NCBI GenBank assembly: GCA_963757335.1
Contig: CAVWRJ010000011.1
Coordinates: 71,700-135,699 of the forward strand
DNA from: an uncultured Acidobacteriota bacterium
Lineage (GTDB): Bacteria > Acidobacteriota > Thermoanaerobaculia > Multivoradales > UBA5704
Direction: 5' to 3'
Length of the DNA stretch: 64,000 bases
Shown here piece by piece: positions 26,601 to 36,120 of this stretch. Numbering within the stretch: the stretch's first letter is position 1; each line of letters opens with the position of its first letter. The notes beneath the pieces are model-generated. The model made no database searches. It had not been told where the DNA came from and saw only the letters and a list, made by a program, of their open reading frames with translations. A program made the translations under genes and the position numbers.

Positions 26601-28355
26601 CCTATGGACCGCGCCAAAGACTCGGAGGCGAAGCCCGTCGGCATCTGGATTCGGGTTTCGACCGAAGACCAGGCCAGGGGCGAGAGTCCCAAGTACCACG
26701 AGATGCGCGCAGAGAGCTACGCCGAGTCCCGGAGATGGAAGGTGATTGAGGTCTATCACCTCGAAGGCGTGTCGGGGAAGTCGGTTATGGAGCACCCCGA
26801 GACGAAGCGGATGATGGCCGACGTGCGCAAGGAGCGCATCGCGGGCCTCATCTTTTCGAAGCTCGCCCGGCTCGCGCGGAACACGAAGGAACTCCTGGAG
26901 TTCGCCGAGTACTTCCGCGAGCACGGGGCGGATCTCGTCTCCCTTCAGGAGTCGATTGATACCTCAACCCCTCACGGTCGCCTCTTCTACACCATGATCG
27001 CTGCGATGGCCGAGTGGGAGCGCGAGGAGATCGCCTCCCGGGTGGCGGCATCGATCCCCATCCGGGCAAAGCTCGGGAAGCCGATCGGCGCCCCGCCCCT
27101 CGGGTACCGCTGGCACGAGAAGCGGATGGAGATCAATCCAGACGAGGCCCCGATCCGGCGTCTCATCTACGAACTCTTCAAGGAGCACGGACGCCTCAAA
27201 ACCGTCGCCGAACTCCTGACTGCCGCCGGCTATCGCGGCCGTAAGGGCAAGCCCTTCCGGGACATGACCGTGGAGCAGATCCTCACCGACCCCTCCGCCA
27301 AGGGCCTCCGCCGCGCGAACTATACGAAGCTCGTCAAAGGGAAGAGAGTCCTGAAGCCAGAATCGGAATGGGTCTTCGTGCCGTGCCCCTCGATCGTCTC
27401 CGAGGAACTCTGGGAGGAGTGCAACGCGCTCCTTCTGCGGCGGAAGGCGTCCCACAAGCCCGTCGCGAAGCGGGCGGTCTATGTCTTCGCGGGATTCGTA
27501 TACTGCGCCTGCGGGGAGAAGATGTACGTACGCTCGAACACCCCGAAGTACGTCTGCATGGCCTGCCGGACGAAGATCCCAATCGTAGACCTCGACCAGA
27601 TCTTCCAGAACCAACTAGAGGAGTGCACTCTCAGCCCGGATGCCATCGCGGCCTACCTGACCCAAGGGAACGAGGTCAGGACCCAGAAGGAGGAACTCTT
27701 GGCCACACTTTTTCGCGAGCGGGATCGACTCATCAAGGAAGCCGACAAGCTCTACCGTCTCTACCAGGAAGATGGCCTCACGGTCGACGGGTTCCGCAAC
27801 CGCCACCGACCCCTCGAAGCTCGCCTCGCGGGGTTGGGCACCGAGATCCCCCGCCTCCAGGGCGAGATCGACTTCCTCAAAGTCCGCACGGTCATGGAAG
27901 GCGAGATCGTCGGCCGCACCCGGGGCCTCGCCCTTGAGTGGCTCCGGATGGACCTCCCAGAGAAGCGGGCCGTCGTCGAGAGCCTCGTCGAGCGGATCAC
28001 GATCGAGAAGGACACCGTGACGATCGACCTCATGGCCCTCCCGCCTCTCTCGGAGATCATGGCAAAAGGGCCACCCAGGGAGAGAGTTGCTTGGCGCTGT
28101 CGACCCGCAGGAGCAGGTGATAGTGGTTGGACAGGAAGGCGAAGGCAAAATTTTCATCTCAAAGAGACGTTGAGCCCGGCCGAGAGTACCGACGACGATC
28201 TCGTTAAGCGCCGGGCTGGGGCAAAGAAGAAGGCGGCTTTGGACGGTGCGGGTCGAGACTTCGACCAGGGTCTGGGATTCGGGGATGAAGCGGAGAGGTC
28301 GGCTCATGGAAGGGAGAGACGTAAAAAGTCCTCCCATCTTGCAAACTTCCTTTAA
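26601..28355 (+). CDS. large serine recombinase (resolvase/invertase N-terminal domain, recombinase domain, zinc ribbon)
   Basis: VGIWIRVSTEDQ catalytic-Ser motif, IAGLIFSKLARLARN, zinc ribbon CACGEKMY...CMAC, coiled-coil region. ORF frame opens at 26496 (overlapping the upstream stop); likely start MDRAKD at 26601. C-terminal end uncertain because the tail enters the repeat-rich region. Confidence 0.8.
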   Translation, partial: PMDRAKDSEAKPVGIWIRVSTEDQARGESPKYHEMRAESYAESRRWKVIEVYHLEGVSGKSVMEHPETKRMMADVRKERIAGLIFSKLARLARNTKELLEFAEYFREHGADLVSLQESIDTSTPHGRLFYTMIAAMAEWEREEIASRVAASIPIRAKLGKPIGAPPLGYRWHEKRMEINPDEAPIRRLIYELFKEHGRLKTVAELLTAAGYRGRKGKPFRDMTVEQILTDPSAKGLRRANYTKLVKGKRVLKPESEWVFVPCPSIVSEELWEECNALLLRRKASHKPVAKRAVYVFAGFVYCACGEKMYVRSNTPKYVCMACRTKIPIVDLDQIFQNQLEECTLSPDAIAAYLTQGNEVRTQKEELLATLFRERDRLIKEADKLYRLYQEDGLTVDGFRNRHRPLEARLAGLGTEIPRLQGEIDFLKVRTVMEGEIVGRTRGLALEWLRMDLPEKRAVVESLVERITIEKDTVTIDLMALPPLSEIMAKGPPRERVAWRCRPAGAGDSGWTGRRRQNFHLKETLSPAESTDDDLVKRRAGAKKKAALDGAGRDFDQGLGFGDEAERSAHGRERRKKSSHLANFL

Positions 28356-28459
28356 CTTACTTGGAATGAAGCAGATAGACTCTGAGCCGACGCAAATGAA
28401 ACTGGACGGCTGGCGAATGAAAAACGGCTGGCACTTGGAAGGGCCGGGGAGGTGGACAA

Positions 28460-29240
28460 TGCTCTGAGTGCCGCTACCTCGGCTCTCGGCACCGAGACTC
28501 GAAGACAAAGACCGGGACACTGCCTTCAACCGCCGCCATCTCGGGTCGCGGTACCGCGACTCGAAGACAGAGTCCCCGGACAATGCTTCCGGGGACCGCT
28601 CTCTCGGCTCTCGGTACCGAAACTTGACGACAGAGACTTGGACCAAGCCTTGGCTGCCGCTATTGCGGGTCTCGGGACCGGGACTCGATGACGGAGCGCC
28701 GGGACTTGGGTTCAGGGTCCCGGGACTTCGGTCCTCCGCCAGGGAGAAAGACCGTCGTCCCGCGACTCTGGGTCGTGGTCCCCGGACTCGACGTCGCAAT
28801 CCCGGGACGAAGAATCGCCGTCCCCCGGCCGAGGGTCGCGGTCCCGGGATGGCGGTCGGGGTCGCGGGACTCGGAGTCTCCGGCCCGCTACGTTGAGTCG
28901 CGGTACCGGGACTTGAGAGCGCAGCCCCGGGACGGCGGTCTTAAACCCTGGAGGCCAACCGTGGTGACGGGACGGCGACTCGTCGTCCCCGGACTACGAC
29001 TCTCCGTCCCGAGACTTCGAGTCTCGGTCCCGGGACTCGACATCGACGGTGCGGCACCGGAGACGGAGTCCAGGCAGCGAAGACGTCGTCTCCTTACCTG
29101 GCTATCGAGTCCGGGGAACGCGGAACAGAGTCCCGGGACATTGCCACTAAGTTTTGGCAGCGGTAGTAAAACCGGGGGACATCGGAACGGAGTTTGCGGA
29201 CGGCGACTCTCGGTGCGGGGACAACAAGCGTTTCGGCGAG
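28460..29240. repeat. array of about 12 degenerate tandem repeats with about 62-bp period, each containing short palindromes (e.g. TCGCGGTACCGCGA, TCTCGGCACCGAGA, GGTCCCGGGACTCG)
   Basis: Direct reading: recurring CTCGG(T/C)ACCG(A/G)GACT(C/T)GA(A/C)GACAGAG..CCGGGACA units; fills the convergent intergenic region between the recombinase and the SDR gene; overlapping ORFs in all frames. Confidence 0.75.
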
Positions 29241-29248
29241 TCGATACC

Positions 29249-29941
29249 TCAAAACCCCGGCACCGTCACGCTCTTGCCATTGTCCGCCACCCCCAGGCCA
29301 AGGAGGAACGGCGCGGCGCGGAGCGCCCAGCGGTCGGGGCCGGGGTAGGTCTGGGCGGCGCGGCCGAAGCAGCTCTCGAGCATGGCGGTGTTGATGAGGC
29401 CGGGGTTGACCGCGACCGCCGCCAGGCCGAGCGGCAGCTCCTGGGCGAGGGATCGGGTCAGCCCCTCGATCGCCCACTTGGCGGCGCAGTAGGGGGCGAC
29501 CTCGGGGGCCGCCGAACGCCCCCAGGCGGAGCTGACGTTGACCACCACCCCGCTGCCGCGCGCCACCATCAGGGGGAGGAAGGCCCGCGACACGTGGAAG
29601 GTGCCCGCCACGCAGCTGTCGAGCACCGCCTGAAACTCCGCCACCGGCACCTCCCAGAGCGGGGCGTTGGCGTTGATCTGCCCGGCGTTGTTGATCACGA
29701 GGTCGGGCGGCAGGTGGACGGCGAGGAGCCGGACCGCCCAGGCGTGGACGGCCGCGGGGTCGGCGACATCGACCGCGGCGACATCGTGCGGCTCGCCCAA
29801 GAGCGCCGCAAGCTCGGCGACCGCTTCGGGCGAGCGGCCGCAGGCGAGGACGGTGTTCCCCAGCTCCGCCAGGCGAAGGGCGAGCGAGCGCCCGAGACCG
29901 CGGGTCGCCCCGGTGAGAACGACGATCTTGCCCTGGCTCAA
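29249..29941 (-). CDS. SDR family oxidoreductase (short-chain dehydrogenase/reductase)
   Basis: TGATRGLGRS Rossmann motif, NNAG, YCAAK catalytic Tyr/Lys. Confidence 0.8.
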   Translation of the reverse strand: MSQGKIVVLTGATRGLGRSLALRLAELGNTVLACGRSPEAVAELAALLGEPHDVAAVDVADPAAVHAWAVRLLAVHLPPDLVINNAGQINANAPLWEVPVAEFQAVLDSCVAGTFHVSRAFLPLMVARGSGVVVNVSSAWGRSAAPEVAPYCAAKWAIEGLTRSLAQELPLGLAAVAVNPGLINTAMLESCFGRAAQTYPGPDRWALRAAPFLLGLGVADNGKSVTVPGF

Positions 29942-29960
29942 CGGCGGAGTCCCATGGCGG

Positions 29961-31801
29961 TCATTCTGCGCCGAGCGGTGCCAGGAGCGGCAGCTCCTCG
30001 TCAGTCGGCTGGAAAAGGACGGCGCCGACGGTGCCGGGCCCGGCGTGGGTCCCCACCACCGGCCCCATCTCGGTGACCAGCAGCTCGCGGATGTCGAAGG
30101 CCCCGGCGAGGAGCTCGCGGAGGCGGTCGGCCCAGACCGGCGCCTTGGCGTGGGCGACCCCGGCGAGCACCGGCCGGTCCGCGGCGACCCGCTCCCGGAA
30201 GAGCTCCAGGAGGCGCGGGTGCGCCGCCCGGCCGCCCCGCACCCGGTCGACCGCTACCACCTCCCCTCCCACGACGCCGAGGATCGGTTTGATCCCCAGG
30301 AGGTTGCCGAACACCGCCCGCGCCCGGCCGATGCGGCCGCCGCGCGCCAGGTACTCCAGGGTGTCGACGACGAAGAGGACGTGCAGCCGAGGGCGGATGG
30401 TGGCGAGCCGGTCGGCGATCTCCGCCGCCGGCACCCCGCGCCGGGCGAGCCGGGCGGCGAAGAGGGCGAGAAGGCCGAGACCGAGGCTCACCGAACCGCT
30501 GTCGACCACCCGCGGCGAGGTATGCCCCACCTCGTGCCCCGCGCACCCCTCGTGCTCAGAGCCGGCACCCAGGCCGTCCGCGGCGGCCCGGGCATGGACG
30601 ACGGTCTGCGACAGCTTCTCCGAGAGGTGAACCGAGATCAGCTCGCCGCGGCCGGCGAGCCCCTGGTAGGCGGCGGCGAGCTCCTCTGGCGACGGGGGCC
30701 GGGTGCTCGGCGGCAGGGGGCCGTGCTCCAGGCGTTGGTAGAACTCGCGGGGGGTGAGGTCGATCCCGTCCCGGAGGTCCTCCTCGCCGAACAGGACGTG
30801 GATGGGCACCACCTCGATGCCGTGGGCGCGGGCCAGCTCGGCCGGCAGGTCGGCGGCCGAATCGGTGACGACGCCGACCGGCGTCCGCGGCTCCTCGAAG
30901 ACGACGAGCCCACGGTCGTGGAAAGCCAGGAGGTCGCGGAGGATCTCGCCGTCGGTGCCGGGGAGGGTGTCCAGGAGGTGGCCGACGCTCGGCCCGTCGG
31001 CGAGGACTCCCAGAAGTCGCCGCTCGGAGAGGGAGAACGGGGTGGCGAAGTAGCCGGGACCGGTCGACAGGTGGACCCGGACCGCCGGCCCCGGGGCGCC
31101 GTGGACGACGTCCTCGATGGCGAGGATGAGGAGCGCGGAGAGGTCGCTCTCGATCTCTCTCCCCATCTCCTTAGTCCCCTGGCTCACCTCGGGGCCGGCG
31201 GGGAGGAGATGGAACGGACCGGCCTCCTTCCTGGCGAGGCGGAGGAAGGCCTTCTCGCCGCGCACCCCCGCCGCCGTCGTCACCCGCGCGGCGACCACCT
31301 CGCCCGCCGCGAGGGCGACCTCCCCCCCTCCAGCACGACGGACCCGGAGACCTGGGCCCGGTTCAAGGCCCGCAGCAGCTCGAGCAGGGGGAAGAGGGCC
31401 AGGTCGCCGACCAGGGTCTCCAGGCGGGCGTCGGGCTCGACCCCGATCTCGCTCCCCAGGAGGACCAGCCGCACCCGCCGCACGAGATCGTCCCCGGCGA
31501 GCCCGCGGGCGACGAGGAAGAGGACCTCCGCTGGCAGCTCGCGAGCCTCCTCCTCGCTCCGGCCGAGGAGGAGGAGGGTGCGCGCCGACCCGGGGCCGGC
31601 GGCGAAACCCGCCCAGTCGGTGATCCCGGGGAGGTCGGCGGCCGCCACCACGACGGCGGGGCCGAGGCTGGCGGCGAAGCGCCGCCCCTCGGCGGCGTCG
31701 ACCGCCGGCACCACCTCGTAGCCGAAGCCGGACAGGCCGCGGGCGAGCTCCCGCCGGCGGGAGCTGTCCGGGTCGACCACCAGCAGGGCGGGACGGGCCA
31801 T
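29961..31801 (-). CDS. receiver (REC)-DUF4388-DegV fusion protein, interrupted by an apparent frameshift at a G7 run (about 31326-31332)
   Basis: 31801-31280 frame: MARPALLVVDPD...AADLPG (CheY-like receiver) then LVGDLALFPLLELLRALNRAQVSGSVVLEGG (DUF4388 start). It continues in another frame as EVALAAGEVVAARVTTAAGVRGEKAFLRLARKEAGPFHLLP (DUF4388 core). C-terminal DegV (VGVVTDSAADLP...GIEVVPIHV...). Adding one G to the C7/G7 homopolymer restores a single frame. Confidence 0.55.
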
Positions 31802-31979
31802 CGTGCCTCTCTCGAAGAAGCTCGCGCGTTGTACTTCGGGCAGCCAAGCATAGACCGAACCCCGCCGAAAGTCCCGAGGCGGGCGCTTCTGCTATTCTTG
31901 AGGCGGTCAGACTCAGCATAGACATCAACACGACGCCCGAGGCCGGTGGTCCGGAAGGGTGGCGCAAAGGAGGCGAACC

Positions 31980-32600
31980 TTGAGAGGAAAGGTGACGGCG
32001 ACCCTGACGGTGGCGGCATGCCTGCTGCTGCTCGGCAACCCCGTGCACGCACAGGACCGCGCGGACGACGATCGGTCCGACGCCCAGGAACACCGGGGGA
32101 AGGAGAGCTTCGCCCTGGCGGTCGGCGCCGGCTTGGCCGACGTCAACAGTGTGGCCGAGCCCTACCTGACGGCGGCTCTCCGCATCCGCATCGGCGGGCG
32201 GCGCCAGGAAGAGGAGGCCCCCGACTGGCGCGGCCGGGCGCCGGAGGGCGGGATGCGCGGCTATCTGGAGCCCGAGATCGGCTACTGGAAGGCGAGCGGC
32301 AACAACGGCAACGGCAGCGACCTCCTCCTGGGGGTCAATCTGGTGGGGGTCGTGCCCGTGGGCGCGGTCGACACCTACATCGGCGCCGGCCTCGGCGCCC
32401 ACCGCTTGGACGCCGACCTGCTGAGCGCCCCGACCAGCACCAGCAAGCAGACCAAGCTCGGGGTCAACGCCCAGTTCGGGCTCGACGTCTACGTCACCCA
32501 CTCGGTGAGCCTCTTTGGGACCGGCCGCTTCGACATCGTGCAGGATGCCAGAAAAAGCGTCCAGGCCAAGGCCTATCTGGGCCTCCGCGCCCGCTTCTGA
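31980..32600 (+). CDS. outer-membrane beta-barrel protein (OmpW/OmpA-like small barrel)
   Basis: AAGGAGG RBS 6 nt before TTG at 31980; signal peptide LRGKVTATLTVAACLLLLGNPVHAQ; alternating amphipathic beta-strands; C-terminal ...LGLRARF aromatic terminus. Confidence 0.6.
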   Translation: MRGKVTATLTVAACLLLLGNPVHAQDRADDDRSDAQEHRGKESFALAVGAGLADVNSVAEPYLTAALRIRIGGRRQEEEAPDWRGRAPEGGMRGYLEPEIGYWKASGNNGNGSDLLLGVNLVGVVPVGAVDTYIGAGLGAHRLDADLLSAPTSTSKQTKLGVNAQFGLDVYVTHSVSLFGTGRFDIVQDARKSVQAKAYLGLRARF

Positions 32601-32655
32601 TCCGCCCGCGGCTCACCCGGTGGCGCGCCGTCCCAGCGCGCCACCGGGAGGGTCG

Positions 32656-33399
32656 TCACCCCAACTGAAATTCCGCGATCACCGGCAGATGGTCGCTCGC
32701 CACCCGTGAGACCTGCAGGCGGCAGGAGCGGACGCTCGCGAGCGCCAGCGGCCCGCGGTAGTAGATCCGGTCGAGGCCGCCCTGGGGCGAGAACGAGGGA
32801 TAGGTGCGCAGAGCCCCCGCCGAGCCCTTCTTGCGGTCGGTCGCGCAGCGGAAGCCGAAGACCTCGGTGAAGATGGGGCGCAGCAGCGAGCGCCAGTCGT
32901 TGAAATCGCCCCCTACGAGGAGCGGGACGTCCGGCCCGACGCGGCGGAACTCCGCCGAGTTGACGAGCAGGCCGATCTGCTTCTCGCGCTCACGCGCCGA
33001 GAGCCCGAGGTGGAGGTTGAAGGCCTCCAGGGTGCCGCCCTCGGGGAGTGCCAGGGTGGTGTGCTGGCAGCCACGCCGGATGAGACTGCCGATCGCCGAG
33101 GAGTCGATGGTGAGATCGATGTTGGTCTCGCGGAGGATGGGGAACCGCGAGAGGGTGGCGTTGCCGTAGCGCCCCTTCCTCAGGGTGACGTTGTGGCCCA
33201 CCGCGAAGTGGGGGTAGCCGAGGGTGCGGGCGAGCTCCCTGGCGAGGTCGAGCTCGCGCGAGCGCGGAGCCCCCTCGTCCACCTCCTGGAGGAGGACCAC
33301 GTCAGCGCCGTAGTGGCCGAGGATGGTGGCGATCCGCTCCGGGCGGAAGCGGCGATCGACGCCGATCGCCCGGTGAATGTTGTAGGTGATGATTCGCAT
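32656..33399 (-). CDS. endonuclease/exonuclease/phosphatase (EEP) family protein
   Basis: MRIITYNIH...VVLLQEV...GGDFNDW...SDHLPVIAEF are classic EEP motifs. Confidence 0.8.
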   Translation of the reverse strand: MRIITYNIHRAIGVDRRFRPERIATILGHYGADVVLLQEVDEGAPRSRELDLARELARTLGYPHFAVGHNVTLRKGRYGNATLSRFPILRETNIDLTIDSSAIGSLIRRGCQHTTLALPEGGTLEAFNLHLGLSAREREKQIGLLVNSAEFRRVGPDVPLLVGGDFNDWRSLLRPIFTEVFGFRCATDRKKGSAGALRTYPSFSPQGGLDRIYYRGPLALASVRSCRLQVSRVASDHLPVIAEFQLG

Positions 33400-33606
33400 G
33401 CGCACGCTTCGAGCCGATCTCCGTTCCTTCCTGGGGTGAGCTTTAGGAGGACTATAGTAGATGGAGCATGTCTCCCGGCATCGAAAGCCTCCCCATCTAC
33501 ACCCTCGGTCACTCGACCCGCACAACCCCTGGACCGTCGCCGCCCCGGGTTGCCACCGGGCCGGCGTTTCTCTAGCATCGGGGGCTCAACTGTATCGGAG
33601 GTGAGA

Positions 33607-34113
33607 ATGAGCGTCGCCCAGATGTTGCTCCCCGAGTTCGACAACGAGATGAAGACCACCCGCCGCGTCCTGGAGCGGGTTCCCGAGGATAAGTTGGACT
33701 GGCAGCCCCATACCAAGTCGATGACCCTGGGCCGCCTGGCGAGCCACCTGGCCGAGCTGGCGGGCTGGGGGGAGTACACCCTGGCCAACGACTCCCTGAA
33801 CCTCTCTCCTCCGGGCGGCCCCCCCTTTACGCCCTTCGATTCGCGGTCGCGCCAGGAGATTCTGGAAACCTTCGACGCCAACGTCCAGAAGACCCGCGCC
33901 GCCCTCGAACAGGCGACCGACGACGCCGCCTTCGCCAAGCCCTGGACGCTCGAGTTCGGGGAGCGCGTGATCTTCACCATGCCGCGCGCCGCCGTGCTCC
34001 GCGGCACGATGTTCAGCCACATCGTCCACCACCGCGGGCAGCTTTCCGTCTATCTGAGACTCAACGACGTGCCGGTGCCGTCGATCTACGGCCCCTCCGC
34101 CGACGAGCAGTAG
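33607..34113 (+). CDS. DinB/YfiT-like (DinB_2) four-helix-bundle protein
   Basis: KLDWQPHTKSMTLGRLASHLAE...MFSHIVHHRGQLSVYLRLNDVPVPSIYGPS is the typical DinB_2 signature (His triad). Confidence 0.8.
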   Translation: MSVAQMLLPEFDNEMKTTRRVLERVPEDKLDWQPHTKSMTLGRLASHLAELAGWGEYTLANDSLNLSPPGGPPFTPFDSRSRQEILETFDANVQKTRAALEQATDDAAFAKPWTLEFGERVIFTMPRAAVLRGTMFSHIVHHRGQLSVYLRLNDVPVPSIYGPSADEQ

Positions 34114-34141
34114 GAGAAAAGAGCCCGGGCCGGCCTCGCCG

Positions 34142-35284
34142 CTACGCCTTCAGCACCTCGCGGCGCACGGCGAGGGCCGCCACCCGCTCGACGTCGACCG
34201 CCACCCCCATCCCGGGGCGGTCGAAGGGGACGGTCACGTACCCCTCGGCATCCATCGTCCACTCGGGATCGACGATGTCCCGCTCCCAGTAGCGCCGGCT
34301 GGGCGAGAGGTCGCCGGGGAGGGTGAAGTTGGGGAGTGAGGCGAGCGCCACGTTGTGCGCCCGGCCGACCCCGCTCTCGAGCATCCCCCCGCACCAGACC
34401 GGCAGGCCGTGCCGGGCGCAGACGTCGTGGACGGCCTTCGCCTGGCGGAAGCCGCCCACCCGGCCGGCCTTGATGTTGACGATCCGGCCGCTGCCGAGGG
34501 CGATGGCGTCCTCGGCGCGGTCGGCGCTGGTGATCGACTCGTCGAGGCAGATCGGGGTCTTGAGCGCCTTCTGGAGGGTGGCATGGCGGAGGAGGTCGTC
34601 CCAGGCGAGCGGCTGCTCGATCATCAGGAAGCCGAGCTCGTCCAACGCCTGGAGCTGCGGCAGGTCGGCCAGGGTGTAGGCGTTGTTGGCGTCGGCCATG
34701 AGCGGCGCGGCCGCCCCCAGCGCCTCGCGCACCGGCCGCACGTAGTCGAGATCGGCCCCCGGCTCGATCTTCATCTTGAGCTTGCGATAGCCCTCGGCAA
34801 GGCAGCGCCGCGCCTTCTCGACCAGCGCCTCCGGGCTCGCCTGGATGCCGATCGAGATCCCCACCGGGATGCGCCGCTGGGTGCCGCCCAAAAGAGACGC
34901 CAGGGAGACGCCGCGGAGACGCGCCGCAAGCTCCCAGGCGCCCATCTCGAGCGCCGCCTTGGCCATGTTGTGACCGCGGAAGTTGACGTCCAGATGGGGC
35001 TGGATCTCTTCCGGGCCGTCGAAGCGGCGGCCGAGGACCCGCGGGGCGACCCACTCGCGGAGAGCGAGCCAGGCGGTGTCGGTCGTCTCCGAGCTGTAGT
35101 TGGGGCCCTCGCCGGCCACGCATTCGCCCCACCCCTCCGCCCCCTCGGCCGAGAAGAGATGAAGGAGCAGAATGCGCCGGGTCGTCACCACCCCCGAGGA
35201 GATGCGGAACGGCTCGACCAGGGGGAGGGAGATCTCGGTAAGCTCGATGCGGTCGATTCTCAGCATGGTCTCCTCAAGACTCAT
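34142..35284 (-). CDS. menC: enolase-superfamily o-succinylbenzoate synthase / N-succinylamino-acid racemase (OSBS/NSAR)
   Basis: KLKMKIEP (KxK), DANNAY, MIEQPL, CLDESI, NIKAGRVGG metal-ligand and catalytic Lys motifs of the MR/MLE/OSBS subgroup; alternative start MLRIDRI at 35266. Confidence 0.8.
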   Translation of the reverse strand: MSLEETMLRIDRIELTEISLPLVEPFRISSGVVTTRRILLLHLFSAEGAEGWGECVAGEGPNYSSETTDTAWLALREWVAPRVLGRRFDGPEEIQPHLDVNFRGHNMAKAALEMGAWELAARLRGVSLASLLGGTQRRIPVGISIGIQASPEALVEKARRCLAEGYRKLKMKIEPGADLDYVRPVREALGAAAPLMADANNAYTLADLPQLQALDELGFLMIEQPLAWDDLLRHATLQKALKTPICLDESITSADRAEDAIALGSGRIVNIKAGRVGGFRQAKAVHDVCARHGLPVWCGGMLESGVGRAHNVALASLPNFTLPGDLSPSRRYWERDIVDPEWTMDAEGYVTVPFDRPGMGVAVDVERVAALAVRREVLKA

Positions 35285-36118
35285 CCGGCGTCTTCGCCGC
35301 CATGACCCCGTAGAAACACCGGCCGGTCTCCCGGTCGCGGTAGAACGCCGTCACTTTGTAGCCGGCGCCCAGGTAGTGCTCGAAGGCCCGGCGGGTGAGG
35401 GCGCGCCAGGCGGCCGCTTCGTCGGGGTGCTCCGCCTTCACCTCTTGAATGCTCGCCGGCACCTCGATCCGTACCCGCTCTGCCTCGGGGAGGGGGTCGG
35501 CGACGCTCTGGAGCCCCACGACCCCCCTCCCCCCACGATCGGCGCCGTCGCGAAGCCCTCCCCACCCCCACCGAGCTCCCCGGCGAGCGCCCGGCGCACC
35601 CGTTCGCCACCGATCCGCCAGTCGACGATGAAGCGGTCGGTGCCGATCCCCTCCGCGAGCTCGCTCCCCATCTCTCCGGCGTACATGTCCTCCACGTACT
35701 CGGCGACCTTCGCCCCGAGGCGGTTGAGGTTCAAATGAGCGTTCCGCGCCTCCAGGGGGTCGTAGGTCCAGAGCACCGACTCGATCCCCAGGGGGAGCAG
35801 CAGGTCGCGCTGGAAGCGCTTGAGACGGGCGCCGATGCCGAGGTCCCGCGCGCCGGGCGCCACCGCCAGCATGTGCGACCAGTGGGCGAGACGGCCGCCG
35901 CGCACCCCGGTGAGGCCGAAAACGAAGCCGAGGAGCCGCCCTTCCGGATCGAAGGCCCCGGCCGCCACCCCCCCCACCTTCTGGCAGATCTTGAGGATGC
36001 TCCCCGGCACCGCCTCGGCGAAGCCCTGCCCCCAGGTGGCGCGCTGGAGCTCGACGCAGGCGGCGTAGTCCGCCGTCGAGCTGAGCGGGCGCAGCTCGAC
36101 GGCCGGCAGGGACCCCAC
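35274..36118 (-). CDS. GNAT-fold acyltransferase (candidate N-succinyltransferase partner of NSAR), interrupted by an apparent frameshift at a G6-A-G6 run (about 35522-35536)
   Basis: 36118-35540 frame: VGSLPAVELRPLSSTADYAACVELQRATWG...LAHWSHMLAVAPGARDLGIGARLKRFQRDLL (GNAT acyl-CoA motif region). The 3' part continues in a -1 frame (VRIEVPASIQEVKAEHPDEAAAWRALTRRAFEHYLGAGYKVTAFYRDRETGRCFYGV). GTG start overlaps the stop of the upstream gene (TAGGCGTG). Confidence 0.5.
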
Positions 36119-36120
36119 GC

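Larger units (their letters stand above)
22823..28355. mobile_element. second mobility module: membrane protein, HerA/TraD-like ATPase and large serine recombinase (possible right end of one large element, or an independent integrative element)
   Basis: Gene content; serine recombinase at the edge followed by a repeat array. Confidence 0.4.

Noticed and set aside
27615-28799. 394-aa minus-strand ORF
   Set aside because: Antisense to the serine recombinase C-terminus and running into the repeat array; no motifs.
28460-29240. Possible CRISPR array
   Set aside because: Repeats are degenerate (no identical direct repeat), period about 62 bp without distinct unique spacers, and no cas genes nearby; treated as a tandem/minisatellite-type repeat instead.
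29961-32501. Reading the 846-aa ORF as one gene
   Set aside because: Its 5' about 700 nt are antisense/alternate frame to the outer-membrane beta-barrel gene (31980-32600) and lack protein-like features; only the DegV/DUF4388-containing 3' part is credible.
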